DNA of 64,000 nt from Alphaproteobacteria bacterium (GCA_965232515.1 CBDDPY010000002.1:2368001-2432000), one strand, 5' to 3'; numbered from the stretch's first letter, positions 18,870 through 31,573 are shown. Notes: generated from the sequence alone by a model not told the origin. Translations and numbers: made by a program.

Positions 18870-19573
18870 CAGACCGGGAACTCCGCCAACAGTTTGTCCA
18901 GCATTTCGCCGGCCGTGTCGGGCTTGCGCAGATCGGTCCCCGCGCCGCCGATCGAATTGAACCAGACGATCTCGCCGTTCTGCAGATCGACGAGCGACGC
19001 GAAGCCTTGTTGACTGCCGCCCTGAACGCCGGCGCCCAGGATGGCGGCGGCCACGATCACCGCCACGCGGCCGGGGCTGGTGTAGCTGTCGCGCACATGG
19101 ATAAACAGGGCATAGTCCGCGTCGTGCGCCTCCCGCAACGCGGCCACGCCGGGACCGAGCGACCAGTCGAAGCGATCCTTTTTGGTCGGCAGAGCCATCG
19201 GCTGAATGTACTTGTGGACCCGGATGGCGGTGCCGACGGCGCCGTGCAGGTGGACCAGGCGTCCGTGCGCCGCTGCCCGAGACGGATCGACCGGCGGGCT
19301 GTGGCGAACCAGATCGAGATTCTTTTCGGCCATCATCCCGTCGAGGGCGGCGCCGATATGTCGTTCGGCCTTGGCGGTCCAGTCCGCTTTCGGCTCCAGC
19401 AATCCCGAAGCCTGCACCTCACTCAACTGAACATCCGGCGCCATAAGCAAGACGCGGGCGTTCGGCACCGGCTCGAACACATTCGTCGTCTTCAACGTCG
19501 CCGTCTGGCACGCAGTGACGATAAACAGGAGAAAAATAACGCCCGGAATGCGGGCGGTAGAACGCAAGTTCAT
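18869..19573 (-). CDS. hypothetical lipoprotein
   Basis: Lipobox VTA-C; TGATG overlap with the M48 gene; ASLVDLQNGEIVWFN C-terminal strand motif. Confidence 0.82.
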   Translation of the reverse strand: MNLRSTARIPGVIFLLFIVTACQTATLKTTNVFEPVPNARVLLMAPDVQLSEVQASGLLEPKADWTAKAERHIGAALDGMMAEKNLDLVRHSPPVDPSRAAAHGRLVHLHGAVGTAIRVHKYIQPMALPTKKDRFDWSLGPGVAALREAHDADYALFIHVRDSYTSPGRVAVIVAAAILGAGVQGGSQQGFASLVDLQNGEIVWFNSIGGAGTDLRKPDTAGEMLDKLLAEFPV

Positions 19574-19699
19574 CACAATCGGCCCCCCAAAGACCATCCT
19601 GAGGGCGCATTATCGGACGCGGATGCTCGCCTATCAAGAGCATCCAGTAGGAATTGCAGCCTATCGTGGTCGAGCGTTCAGCAGCGTCGGTGGCCGCAG

Positions 19700-22363
<2,664 letters not shown>

Positions 22364-22372
22364 GGCGTGACC

Positions 22373-24436
22373 CTATCCTTCGATCTGGCTGAAATCGGCC
22401 ATCCTGGCGAACTGCACATCGACCAACGACAACAACTTCAAGCGATTTTCGCGCAGATTTGGTGAAGATGCGTTTACCGTCACCTCATCGAAAAACGCGT
22501 CGACATCGGGCCGCAGGCTGGCGAATGCCGCGAAAGCGTCCTTGAAATTCTCGGATCTCAATGAATCGTTAACGCGGTCCTGCACCGCGCCCAGATGATC
22601 GAACAGGCGGTTTTCTTCCGGCTGCTCGAAGGCCTTGTCGTCGACGCTGTCGGAATCGAAATCGCGGCCGTCCTTTTTCGCTTCGATCCGCAAGATATTC
22701 GCGGCGCGGCGATGCGCCGTCAGCAGATTGATGCCGTCGTCGGACCGGATGAAATCGTTCAGCGCATCGACGCGCGCCATCAGGCGCACCAGATCGTCCT
22801 GCTCCGGCAGCGCGAACACGGCCGAGATCAGGTCATGGCGCACCCCGCGTTCGCGCAGGTGCACCTTCAGGCGGTCGGCGAAGAAGGCCAGCAGCCCGTC
22901 GACATCGAGCGCGGCCGCCGTCTCGCCGTAAAGCCGCCCGGCCGCCCGGAACACCTCGAGCAGCGGCAGGCGCAGATTGTTCTCCAGGATCAGCCGGATC
23001 ACGCCCAGCGCGGCACGGCGCAGCGCGAACGGGTCCTTCGAGCCGGTCGGCTTCTCGTCAATGGCGAAGAAGCCGACCAGCGTGTCGATCTTGTCGGCGA
23101 GCGCCACGGCGACCGACGTCGGCGCCGTCGGACACATGTCCGCCGGCCCGAGCGGCGAATAGTGTTCGGCGATGGCTTCGGCGACCGCGTCGTGCTCGCC
23201 ATCGTGTCGGGCGTAATAGCGTCCCATGACGCCCTGCAGCTCGGGAAACTCGCCGACCATCTCGGTCGTCAGATCGGCCTTGGCCAGCAGCGCGGCGGCA
23301 CGGCAACGGTCGCGGTCGGCGCCGGGGATGCGGTCGGCAAGCTCGCCCGCCAGCGCTTCCATCCGGTCGACTTTTTCGGCGAGCGTGCCGAGCTTGGCGT
23401 GGAACACCACGTCGCGCAGCGCCGGCACGCGCTCCTCAAGGCGCCTTTTGCGGTCCTGATCCCAGAAGAACCGAGCGTCGGCGAGGCGCGCCCGCAGGAC
23501 ACGCTCGTTACCGGCGACGATCTGCGCGCCGCCGTCCTCGGCCTCGAGATTGGCGACGACGACGAAGCGCGGCGCCAGCTTGCCGTCGGCCCCGGTGAGC
23601 GAGAGGTATTTCTGGTGCGCCCGCATCGACGTCACCAGCACCTCGGGCGGCAACGACATGAAGTCTGGATCGATCCGGCCCAGCAATGTCACCGGCCATT
23701 CGACCAGCCCGGCCACCTCGGACAGCAGCCCATCGTCCTGGGTCAGCGTCAGCTTCTCGCCCGCCGCCAGGGCTTCGGCGTCGGCTTTGATCCGTTCACG
23801 ACGATCGGCGGCGTCGAGCATCACGCGCGCGGCCGTCAGCTTGTCACGGTAGTCGTCGAAGTCCTTAACCTCGAAGACATCCGCCGCATGAAAGCGATGC
23901 CCCCGGGTCCGGTCCGACGCCGTCAGATCGGCGAACGTCACCGGCACCACGGCGCCGTCGAACAGGCAGAGGATATCGTGCAGCGGCCGCACCCAGCGGG
24001 CCGAGCCGCTGCCCCAGCGCATGCTTTTGGACCACGGCACGTTCGCCACCGCCTCGCTCAACATGGCCGGCAGCACGTCGGCCGTGGCCTGGCCCTTGCG
24101 CTCGATCACCGCGAACAGGAAGTCGCCCTTGTCGGTGCTGCGCACCTCGCATGCCTCGCGCGTCAGGCCGGCGGCCCGCAGAAAACCCTCAATGGCCTTG
24201 TCCGGCGCATCGGCGCGCGGGCCACGACGCTCCTCGCGGACATCCGCTTGCGCGGCCGGCAGTCCATCGACCACCAGCGTCAGGCGGCGCGGCGTGGCGT
24301 AGGCCTCGGCCGACTCGAAGGTCAGACCGGCCGACTTCAGCCCGTCCATCACCAGCCGTTTCAGATCGGCGGCGGCGCGCGGCTGCATGCGTGCCGGGAT
24401 TTCCTCGGAGAACAGCTCCAACAGCAATTGCGGCAT
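22373..24436 (-). CDS. glyS: glycine--tRNA ligase beta subunit
   Basis: [36 protein letters not shown]. Confidence 0.97.
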   Translation of the reverse strand: MPQLLLELFSEEIPARMQPRAAADLKRLVMDGLKSAGLTFESAEAYATPRRLTLVVDGLPAAQADVREERRGPRADAPDKAIEGFLRAAGLTREACEVRSTDKGDFLFAVIERKGQATADVLPAMLSEAVANVPWSKSMRWGSGSARWVRPLHDILCLFDGAVVPVTFADLTASDRTRGHRFHAADVFEVKDFDDYRDKLTAARVMLDAADRRERIKADAEALAAGEKLTLTQDDGLLSEVAGLVEWPVTLLGRIDPDFMSLPPEVLVTSMRAHQKYLSLTGADGKLAPRFVVVANLEAEDGGAQIVAGNERVLRARLADARFFWDQDRKRRLEERVPALRDVVFHAKLGTLAEKVDRMEALAGELADRIPGADRDRCRAAALLAKADLTTEMVGEFPELQGVMGRYYARHDGEHDAVAEAIAEHYSPLGPADMCPTAPTSVAVALADKIDTLVGFFAIDEKPTGSKDPFALRRAALGVIRLILENNLRLPLLEVFRAAGRLYGETAAALDVDGLLAFFADRLKVHLRERGVRHDLISAVFALPEQDDLVRLMARVDALNDFIRSDDGINLLTAHRRAANILRIEAKKDGRDFDSDSVDDKAFEQPEENRLFDHLGAVQDRVNDSLRSENFKDAFAAFASLRPDVDAFFDEVTVNASSPNLRENRLKLLSLVDVQFARMADFSQIEG

Positions 24437-24441
24437 GGCGA

Positions 24442-25347
24442 TCAGGTTCCGGCCGGCAGCTCGTTCTGGCTCTTCAGCCAGGCTTCCGCGCTGAACTTGG
24501 AAAGCGCCCGTACGCGGCCGATATAGGCGGCCCGCTCGGTCACCGAGATCACGCCGCGCGCGTCCAGCAGGTTGAACAGGTGGCTCGCCTTGATGCACTG
24601 GTCGTAGGCCGGCAGCGCCAGGTCGGCTTCCGCCAGGGCCGCGCATTCCTTCTCGGCATCCTCGAAGTGCCGAAACAGAGCCTCGGTGTCGGCGCGCTCG
24701 AAGTTATAGCCCGAGAATTCGACCTCGGCCTGCTTGTAGACATCGCCATAGGTAACGACGGCATTGCCGGCGCCGCCGACCGTCCAGGTCAGGTCGTAGA
24801 TGCTGTCGACGCCCTGCACGTACATGGCCAGCCGTTCCAGCCCGTAGGTCAGTTCGCCCGACACCGGATGGCAGTCGAAGCCGCCGACCTGCTGGAAATA
24901 GGTGAACTGGCTGACTTCCATGCCGTCGCACCAGACCTCCCAGCCCAGGCCCCAGGCCCCCAGCGTTGGCGCCTCCCAGTCGTCCTCGACAAAGCGGATG
25001 TCGTGATTCTTCGGATCGATGCCGATCTCGTAAAGGCTGCCGAGATAAAGCTCCTGGAAGTCCGGCGGCGACGGCTTCATCAGCACCTGGAACTGATAGT
25101 AGTGCTGCAGCCGGTTCGGATTCTCGCCGTAGCGGCCGTCGGTCGGCCGCCGCGAGGGCTGCACATAAGCCACGTTCCAGGGCTTGGAGCCCAGCGAACG
25201 GAGCGTCGTCGCCCAGTGAAAGGTGCCGGCGCCGACCTCCATATCGTAGGGCTGGACGATCACGCAGCCCTGCGCAGCCCAGTAGTGCTGCAAGGTCAGG
25301 ATCAGGCCCTGAAACGTATTCGGGTCGCTGGCGTTTGCCGCCGCCAT
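24442..25347 (-). CDS. glyQ: glycine--tRNA ligase alpha subunit
   Basis: [42 protein letters not shown]. Confidence 0.98.
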   Translation of the reverse strand: MAAANASDPNTFQGLILTLQHYWAAQGCVIVQPYDMEVGAGTFHWATTLRSLGSKPWNVAYVQPSRRPTDGRYGENPNRLQHYYQFQVLMKPSPPDFQELYLGSLYEIGIDPKNHDIRFVEDDWEAPTLGAWGLGWEVWCDGMEVSQFTYFQQVGGFDCHPVSGELTYGLERLAMYVQGVDSIYDLTWTVGGAGNAVVTYGDVYKQAEVEFSGYNFERADTEALFRHFEDAEKECAALAEADLALPAYDQCIKASHLFNLLDARGVISVTERAAYIGRVRALSKFSAEAWLKSQNELPAGT

Positions 25348-25386
25348 GGCCGGACAGCCTTGGTCATTTCGTGAATTGTGCGGCGC

Positions 25387-25415
25387 AAAATAACGGCGCC
25401 CCCGGAAGGGGTCAA
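25387..25415 (-). promoter_or_regulatory. putative sigma70 promoter of glyQ-glyS-ppdK
   Basis: TTGACC-N17-TATTTT on the minus strand, about 40 nt upstream of glyQ. Confidence 0.55.
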
Positions 25416-25434
25416 GGAATGCGGGCGGATCCCG

Positions 25435-25668
25435 TCAGCCGCTCTGCGGGCAGTCGCCGCGGCCACAGTTCTTGGCGTCGTCGGCGATGAAACTGTCGCA
25501 GACCGGGCATTTCGTCAGGTCGACCGTCTCGACCTTCGGCGGTTCCTTGGCCGTCGTTTTGGGCGCCTTCGCGGCCGTCGCGCCGACCCGACGGCCGATC
25601 AGTTTCGCGCCGTAGAACACGACCGCGATCAGGACGAGCGTGAACAGGATCTTCGAGAAGCTCAGCAT
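25435..25668 (-). CDS. small hypothetical membrane protein with C-terminal Cys cluster
   Basis: N-terminal TM helix (FSKILFTLVLIAVVFYG) and CPVC...CGRGDCP. Confidence 0.78.
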   Translation of the reverse strand: MLSFSKILFTLVLIAVVFYGAKLIGRRVGATAAKAPKTTAKEPPKVETVDLTKCPVCDSFIADDAKNCGRGDCPQSG

Positions 25669-25712
25669 GGCTTAAGCGTTGACGACCTGCACCTGAGTCG
25701 TCAAGCGGCGCG

Positions 25713-26579
25713 TCACAGACCGAAGCGGGACCACAGCGTCCGGGTCTCGGCCGCGGCAAACAGGCCATGCGCGAAATCACCCGCGAACCCTTCATCCCAG
25801 CTCGGCGCCGCCCCGATGCCCAGACGACGCTGCAGCCAGCTGCGGCCGGCCTGCACCACGCGCAGCCTGACCTTGTCGCCGTAGCGCTCGCGCATCACCG
25901 TGCGCAAATCGCCGACACCGTCGATCAGGCCCAGCTCGAGCGCCTTTTCGCCGGTCCAGAAGTCGCCGTTGAACAGCCTGTTCTCATCGTCCTTGAGCCG
26001 CCCTTCGCGCCGCCGTCGGACATGCGCCTTAAAGGCCTCGTGCAGCTCGGCCTGGATGGTCTTCAGGCGCGCCACGTCCTCGGGATTCTCCGGCAGGAAC
26101 GGGTCCAGCAGGCTCTTCTTTTCGCCCGCCGTATACAGCCGACGCTTGACGCCGATCTTCTCGATCATCTCGGTGAACCCGAAGCCGGCCGAGATCACGC
26201 CGATCGAGCCGACGATCGAGGTCGCGTTGGCGTGGATCTCATCGCCGGCGCAGGCGATCCAATAACCGCCCGACGCCGCCACGTCCTCGCAGAAGGCATA
26301 GACCGGCAACTTCTTTTCCGCCGCCAACGCGCGGATGCGGTCGTGGATCAGCGCCGACTGTACCGGCGCGCCGCCGGGCGAATTGATCGACAGTGCGACC
26401 GCCTTGATGCCCTTCAGCTTGAAGGCGTGTTCGATGGCGCCGGCCAGCGCCGCCAGGTTCAGCGACGGCCGCAACGGACCCTGCTGCGGTCCGATCACCC
26501 CGTGCAGGCGCAGCACGGCCACCACGGGCGGCCGGGCCCGCTTGATCGGGATCCAGGAGCGAAGTGTGTCGAGCACCAT
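25713..26579 (-). CDS. S49 family peptidase (SppA/SohB-like)
   Basis: INSPGGAPVQS, DVAASGGYWIA, IVGSIGVI, LGLIDG. Confidence 0.93.
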   Translation of the reverse strand: MVLDTLRSWIPIKRARPPVVAVLRLHGVIGPQQGPLRPSLNLAALAGAIEHAFKLKGIKAVALSINSPGGAPVQSALIHDRIRALAAEKKLPVYAFCEDVAASGGYWIACAGDEIHANATSIVGSIGVISAGFGFTEMIEKIGVKRRLYTAGEKKSLLDPFLPENPEDVARLKTIQAELHEAFKAHVRRRREGRLKDDENRLFNGDFWTGEKALELGLIDGVGDLRTVMRERYGDKVRLRVVQAGRSWLQRRLGIGAAPSWDEGFAGDFAHGLFAAAETRTLWSRFGL

Positions 26580-26618
26580 GGGGGTCTAGATAATGCGCCC
26601 GTCGGAAGGCGACAAGCG

Positions 26619-27386
26619 TCAGGATGGCTTCAGCGGCAATGCCGCGCCACGCCGCAGAACCTCGTCCGCCTCGGACGTATAGCCACCGCCGGGACCGTGC
26701 AGCACCAGCCCGGGCGCCAGTTGGCTTGGCCCGCGGCCGCCCTTGGTCGCCTGCACCAGCACCCGCTTCGCCGGCCGGCCGGCGCCGGGCCAGAGCGGAA
26801 AGACCACGATATCGCCCGCCCGACCCGCGAGGCCGGCCAGCAGATCCACCAGCCGCGCCGAGCGATGGATGACCGTCAAGGTCCCGCCCGGCCGCAACCG
26901 AGCAAGACAGAATTGCAGCCAGACGGACAGATCGGCATTGCCCTCGATATGGGCCGTCGTCTTGACCGGGTCGTGCGCCGCCTGCGCCCGTCCCGCCTCA
27001 TAGAACGGCGGATTGCAGGCGACATGATCGTAGACCTCGGCCGCAATGGCCGACGGCGGATGCCCAACATCGCCGGTCTCGACCGTGATCCGGTCGGCAA
27101 GGCCGTTGCGGACGGCGTTTTCCCGGGCCAGACCGGCCAGCATCGGCTGCAATTCGATGCCGGTCACCCGAATGTGATCGACCCGATACGCCAGACACGC
27201 CGCGACCGCGCCGACCCCGCAGCCCGCATCCAGCGCGTGCTGGCCGGGCCGCGCCGGCACGGCGGCGGCCAGGAACACGGCGTCGGATCCGGCCCGATAC
27301 CCCGTCAGCGGTTGCCGCAGACGCAGGCGGCCGTCCAGCAAGCCATCGTCGCTGATTTCGGCTCCGGCGAGGTTAGCGTCCGTCAT
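26619..27386 (-). CDS. tRNA1(Val) m6A37-type methyltransferase (YfiC/TrmN6-like)
   Basis: GYRAGSDAVFLAA, LDAGCGVG, NPPF motif. Confidence 0.85.
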   Translation of the reverse strand: MTDANLAGAEISDDGLLDGRLRLRQPLTGYRAGSDAVFLAAAVPARPGQHALDAGCGVGAVAACLAYRVDHIRVTGIELQPMLAGLARENAVRNGLADRITVETGDVGHPPSAIAAEVYDHVACNPPFYEAGRAQAAHDPVKTTAHIEGNADLSVWLQFCLARLRPGGTLTVIHRSARLVDLLAGLAGRAGDIVVFPLWPGAGRPAKRVLVQATKGGRGPSQLAPGLVLHGPGGGYTSEADEVLRRGAALPLKPS

Positions 27387-27591
27387 GTGCGATGCCGGTC
27401 TCATCCAGCACCCGCCGGGCCCTGGCGGCGTCCTCGTCGATCACCATCAGACGGCGGGGGATGGCGTTGATACTGCCCTCGATGACGCTGGTATGCGCAT
27501 CCAGTACCACCGCCTCGATGCCGGCATCCTTAAGCAGCGCCGTCAGCCATGAGAGCTGCACCAGGTCGTTCGTGCGCAGCAATTCAATCAT
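27373..27591 (-). CDS. DUF2007 domain protein
   Basis: MIELLRTND..LDAHTSVIEGSINAIPRRLMV; divergent from ispB. Confidence 0.88.
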   Translation of the reverse strand: MIELLRTNDLVQLSWLTALLKDAGIEAVVLDAHTSVIEGSINAIPRRLMVIDEDAARARRVLDETGIAHDGR

Positions 27592-27713
27592 ATCGAACTC
27601 TGATTTCGCCCTTAACTCACCGTTCCGCCTGCGACATTCGGCCTCTTTGCCAAGGTAGATATCGGCCTATATGCTCGGACGTGCGTGAAAAAGGGTCAAC
27701 CGGGACAAAAACA

Positions 27714-28736
27714 TTGGCCGATGTCATCGCGCTGTCCGACGATCGCGGGGCGCATAAAAAGGCAAACCTGGACAGGCTGCAACGGCTGGTCGCCGCCGAC
27801 CTGACCAAGGTCAATCAGGTGATCGTCGGCCGCATGGGCAGCCAGGTGCCGCTGATCCCGCAGTTGGCCGGCCATATCATCGCCGCCGGCGGCAAACGCC
27901 TGCGGCCGTTGCTGACGCTGGCCTCGGCGCGCCTTTGCGGCTATGCCGGCGAACGGCATATCGATCTCGCCGCCTGCGTCGAGTTCATTCACACCGCGAC
28001 CCTGTTGCACGACGATGTCGTCGACAGCTCGGATCTGCGCCGCGGCAACGCCACCGCCAACGTGCTCTGGGGAAACCAGGCGAGCGTGCTGGTCGGCGAT
28101 TTCCTGTTCAGCCGGTCGTTCCAGCTCATGGTCGAGGACGGCAGCCTCGACGTCCTGCGCATCCTCGCCAACGCCTCCGCCGTGATTGCCGAGGGCGAGG
28201 TCATGCAGCTCGAGACGGCGAACAACACCGAGACCACCGAGGACGCCTATCTCGAGGTGATCTCGGCCAAGACGGCCGCGCTGTTTGCCGCCGCCTGCCG
28301 CATCGGCGCCGTCGTCGCCGACCGGCCCAAGGCCGAGGAAACCGCGCTCGACAGCTACGGCAAGAATCTCGGCATCGCCTTCCAGCTCGTCGACGACACG
28401 CTCGACTATTCGGCCCGGCAGGCGACGCTCGGCAAGACCATCGGCGACGATTTCCGCGAGGGCAAGGTGACGCTGCCCGTGGTGCTGGCCTTCCGGCGCG
28501 GCGACGAGGACGAGCGCGCGTTCTGGCGGCGCTGTATCGAGGACGGCGTGCAGGAAGACGGGGATCTGGAAAAAGCGCAGGAGCTGATGCAGCGGCACGA
28601 AGCGCTCACCGACACCGTCGAGCGCGCCCGCCACTACGGCGCAATGGCCCGCGACGCGCTCGGCATCTTCCCCGAGAGCGAAGTGAAAGCGGCGCTGGTC
28701 GATATCATCGACTTCTGCATCGAGCGCGCGCACTGA
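27714..28736 (+). CDS. ispB: octaprenyl/decaprenyl diphosphate synthase
   Basis: GGKRLRP, LLHDDVVD (FARM), FQLVDD, GDDFREGK; probable TTG start. Confidence 0.92.
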   Translation: MADVIALSDDRGAHKKANLDRLQRLVAADLTKVNQVIVGRMGSQVPLIPQLAGHIIAAGGKRLRPLLTLASARLCGYAGERHIDLAACVEFIHTATLLHDDVVDSSDLRRGNATANVLWGNQASVLVGDFLFSRSFQLMVEDGSLDVLRILANASAVIAEGEVMQLETANNTETTEDAYLEVISAKTAALFAAACRIGAVVADRPKAEETALDSYGKNLGIAFQLVDDTLDYSARQATLGKTIGDDFREGKVTLPVVLAFRRGDEDERAFWRRCIEDGVQEDGDLEKAQELMQRHEALTDTVERARHYGAMARDALGIFPESEVKAALVDIIDFCIERAH

Positions 28737-28773
28737 ATTTCATCTGAATTGAGCCTAAGGCTCCGCCTGCCGC

Positions 28774-28802
28774 TTGCGGCAGCGGTCCGGCGGCGCTATA
28801 AG
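28774..28802 (+). promoter_or_regulatory. putative sigma70 promoter of tRNA-Pro
   Basis: TTGCGG-N17-TATAAG, 16 nt upstream of the tRNA. Confidence 0.6.
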
Positions 28803-28818
28803 TCCGGCCGGTCGGGAA

Positions 28819-28895
28819 CGGAGTGTAGCTCAGCCTGGTAGAGCACTGTCTTCGGGAGGCAGGGGCCGCAGGTTCAAATCCTGCCACTCCGACCA
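28819..28895 (+). tRNA. tRNA-Pro (anticodon CGG)
   Basis: 77-nt cloverleaf: CGGAGTG/CACTCCG acceptor, GCTC/GAGC D-stem, CTGTC-TTCGGGA-GGCAG anticodon arm, GCAGG-TTCAAAT-CCTGC T-arm, encoded CCA. Confidence 0.97.
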
Positions 28896-28947
28896 GCCCC
28901 AAGCCCAAGCCGTGGGGCGTACACGGCGTACCAATACCCCCAACAAT

Positions 28948-29430
28948 CTATTCCTCGGCGACCACCTGCCAGGAGCCGTCGGTTTGGCGGCAGGCGGTGC
29001 CGGCGACGCTTTCCTGGCGGCCATCGACGTCGAAACTGTGGGCGAAGTGGCGGCAGGGGCCGCCGTCGGCGTCAGCGAAGGCCGGCTGGACGTTAACCTC
29101 GCCCGATGTGCCGGTGTCGGGATTGCGCCAGGTCACGGGCTGGCCGGATGGCGCGGATTCCAGGGCCTCGGCCTGGGCCAGCTTGGCCTGCCGCTGGTCG
29201 GCGGCCGGCAAGGCCGCGAACAGCCGGCTGCCGGCATAGGCGCCGAGCGAGGCGCCGGCGGCCGTGGCGATGGTCTGGCCGGCGCCGGAGCCGATCTGGC
29301 TGCCCAGCACCGTGCCGACGCCGGCCCCGATGCCGGCGCCCAACGCGGCGCGGGCGCCCGGATCGTCGCAGGCGGTCAGCGCGATGAGCGAGATGGCGGC
29401 GATACCGCTGATATGGCGGATGTTGAGCAT
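28948..29430 (-). CDS. 17-kDa surface antigen-like lipoprotein (glycine zipper, RT0821/Lpp0805 family)
   Basis: Lipobox LTA-C, glycine zipper, WRNPDTG..CR..GTACRQxDGSW. Confidence 0.9.
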   Translation of the reverse strand: MLNIRHISGIAAISLIALTACDDPGARAALGAGIGAGVGTVLGSQIGSGAGQTIATAAGASLGAYAGSRLFAALPAADQRQAKLAQAEALESAPSGQPVTWRNPDTGTSGEVNVQPAFADADGGPCRHFAHSFDVDGRQESVAGTACRQTDGSWQVVAEE

Positions 29431-29567
29431 GCGTCGGTCCCCCTGGACAGCTTGCACGGCCCCCCATGCCAAAAGAGGTATATCGCCGTCGACCGCCGTC
29501 CAATCCGTAGATTCCCGCACCCGCTCCGAAATCCGATCGGCACGATCAAGAAATCGAAATCGAACAC

Positions 29568-29668
29568 ATAAAAATTGAATAGAATTATTTATTTTATTTT
29601 ATTCAAATCAATCAATACAATTTGATGTTTTTATTAACATCAACTTCATTTCAAGTCCATATTATTTA
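29568..29668. promoter_or_regulatory. very AT-rich divergent promoter region with two inverted repeats
   Basis: TTGAATA(29575-81)/TATTCAA(29600-06) and TTGATGTT(29622-29)/AACATCAA(29636-43). Confidence 0.5.
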
Positions 29669-29748
29669 GCGTCCCTTGATCGATGTTTTGTGGGGACGGC
29701 GGTAACTGGAGGACGCCGTAGGGCAAGCAAGAAACGTGGGGTGGTCGG

Positions 29749-30315
29749 ATGACGAGCAACGAGCATGCGATATCCAATCTGCCGGACGAACGGCCGCTGG
29801 ATCTGTCGCCGCTGCGTCTGTTGGTCGTCGACGACAACCGACACATGCGGGAACTGGTGACGGCCATTCTGAATGCACTCGAGATGACGCAGATCCGACA
29901 GGCCTGCGACGGCTCCGACGCCATCGACATCCTGAAAGCGAACGAGATCGATCTGGTGATCACCGACTGGCTGATGGACCCTGTCTGCGGCATCGAGCTG
30001 ATCAAATGGATCCGGACGTCGGACGAAAGCCCCGATCCGTTCCTGCCGGTGATCATGATCTCGAGCTATTCGACCCCAGACCGGGTGGTCGAGGCGCGCA
30101 ATGCCGGCATCAACGAGTTCCTCGTCAAGCCGCTGTCGCCGAGATCGCTCTATCAACGCATCGCCAATCTGGTCGAACGGCCGCGGTCGTTCATTCGCAG
30201 CAAGAACTATTTCGGTCCCTGCCGCCGCGACAACGACGGCGCCGGCTTTCGCGGACAGGAACGCCGCCGCCAGCTGGCCGCGGCACGGGCCGACGGAAAG
30301 CGCGGCACGGCATGA
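29749..30315 (+). CDS. single-receiver response regulator with C-terminal tail
   Basis: LVVDD, ITDWLM (phospho-Asp), FLVKP; tail PRSFI..YFGPCRR..ERR. Confidence 0.9.
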   Translation: MTSNEHAISNLPDERPLDLSPLRLLVVDDNRHMRELVTAILNALEMTQIRQACDGSDAIDILKANEIDLVITDWLMDPVCGIELIKWIRTSDESPDPFLPVIMISSYSTPDRVVEARNAGINEFLVKPLSPRSLYQRIANLVERPRSFIRSKNYFGPCRRDNDGAGFRGQERRRQLAAARADGKRGTA

Positions 30316-30854
30316 GCCGGCGCCAGCCCTGGATGCAGATCGACGCCGCGGCGCTGTCGGACGGCATCGTGCAGATCTTTCCGCCGAAGACGCTGCGCGA
30401 GCGCGTCGGCCCCGGCACCGGTCTCAACCTCCGTCTGCTGGCGAACGCCGAAGCCACGGTCAGCGCCCTTCAGACGGCCTACGAACAACGTATCGAAAAT
30501 GACATCGCGGCCCTGTCGGCGACGTTCGAGGCCATGAAGCGCTCAGGCCGTTTCGATCACGAGCAGCTCTACCTGATCACGCATGAGATCAAGGGCGAAG
30601 GCGGCAGCTACGATTACCCACTGTTGACGGCGTTCGGCCATGCGCTGTGCCTGCTGGTGCGCAGCCGCGACCGCCTGACCGCCGAGGACGTCGAAACCAT
30701 CGCGGCGCATATCGCGGCAATGCGGGCCGTGATCAAGGGCCAGGTGCGCGGTGAGGGCGGCAGTGTCGGCCGCGAGCTGGCCGCCAATCTAGAGGCCATG
30801 GTCGCCCGGGCGCTGGACGATACGTCGTCGCTTCGTTTGCGGAAGCAAACCTGA
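30312..30854 (+). CDS. Hpt (histidine phosphotransfer) domain protein
   Basis: HEIKGEGGSYDYPLLT Hpt motif; ATGA overlap with the response regulator. Confidence 0.85.
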   Translation: MSRRQPWMQIDAAALSDGIVQIFPPKTLRERVGPGTGLNLRLLANAEATVSALQTAYEQRIENDIAALSATFEAMKRSGRFDHEQLYLITHEIKGEGGSYDYPLLTAFGHALCLLVRSRDRLTAEDVETIAAHIAAMRAVIKGQVRGEGGSVGRELAANLEAMVARALDDTSSLRLRKQT

Positions 30855-30894
30855 TCCGAGCAATGCGTCGCGCCGTGTTCGCCCAAACCTTCCA

Positions 30895-30909
30895 TTAACG
30901 CATTGGTAA
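30895..30909. promoter_or_regulatory. CtrA-like box (1 mismatch)
   Basis: TTAA-CGCATTG-GTAA, about 65 nt upstream of the FliL-like gene. Confidence 0.45.
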
Positions 30910-30973
30910 GCCTGCTTTCCTACCATAGGAAGATTTCTCTGCTACATTTTTCTCTGTCTGCTTGGGGTTCCGT

Positions 30974-31489
30974 ATGAAGCAGCTGCTGATTCTGATGGGG
31001 ATCGGCGCCGTCATCGTGACCGGCGGCGTGATCGCTGGCCTGTACAGCCTGGACGGCGACGGCATCGCCGCCCTGACGAGCGACGTCGTCGTGACCAAGC
31101 GCATCGAGACCGACGATGGCTCGACGGCGTTCGTCGAGCCGCCGGAAGAGGAGGAAGAAGCGCTCCTCGTCCAACTGCAACCGGTCGACGTACCGGTTTT
31201 CGACGGCGACCGCCAGGTTGGCGGCGCCAAGCTGGTGGTCACCATCGAGCTCATCAACAAGAAGGCGCGCTCCGATCTGAGCGCGGTCATGCCGCTGCTG
31301 CTGGCGCAGATCTTCGAAGAGTTCTATCGGACGCCGCTCGAGCGCGACGTCGCTACCGGAAAGCTGGACGTGATCGCGATCGAGCGCCGTATCGAATCGA
31401 TCGCGATCAAGACGGTCGGCGTCGACGCCTTCAACCGGAACATCGTGCGTTCCGCGCAACTGCTGAAAGTCGTCAAACACAGCTCCTGA
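30974..31489 (+). CDS. hypothetical bitopic membrane protein, FliL-like
   Basis: N-terminal TM, acidic linker, LVQLQPVDVP...LVVTIEL...MPLL pattern resembling FliL. Confidence 0.65.
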   Translation: MKQLLILMGIGAVIVTGGVIAGLYSLDGDGIAALTSDVVVTKRIETDDGSTAFVEPPEEEEEALLVQLQPVDVPVFDGDRQVGGAKLVVTIELINKKARSDLSAVMPLLLAQIFEEFYRTPLERDVATGKLDVIAIERRIESIAIKTVGVDAFNRNIVRSAQLLKVVKHSS

Positions 31490-31573
31490 TCCCCGCGGCG
31501 ACGGTTTTCGTCGTCGACGTGGCAAAATGCGCAAGGCTCGCTATGTTGTAGGACGTAGCGTCAGGAGATCGTC

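Noticed and set aside
29622-29643. TTGAT...ATCAA as an FNR/FixK box
   Set aside because: Half-site spacing is 12 nt, not the required 4 nt
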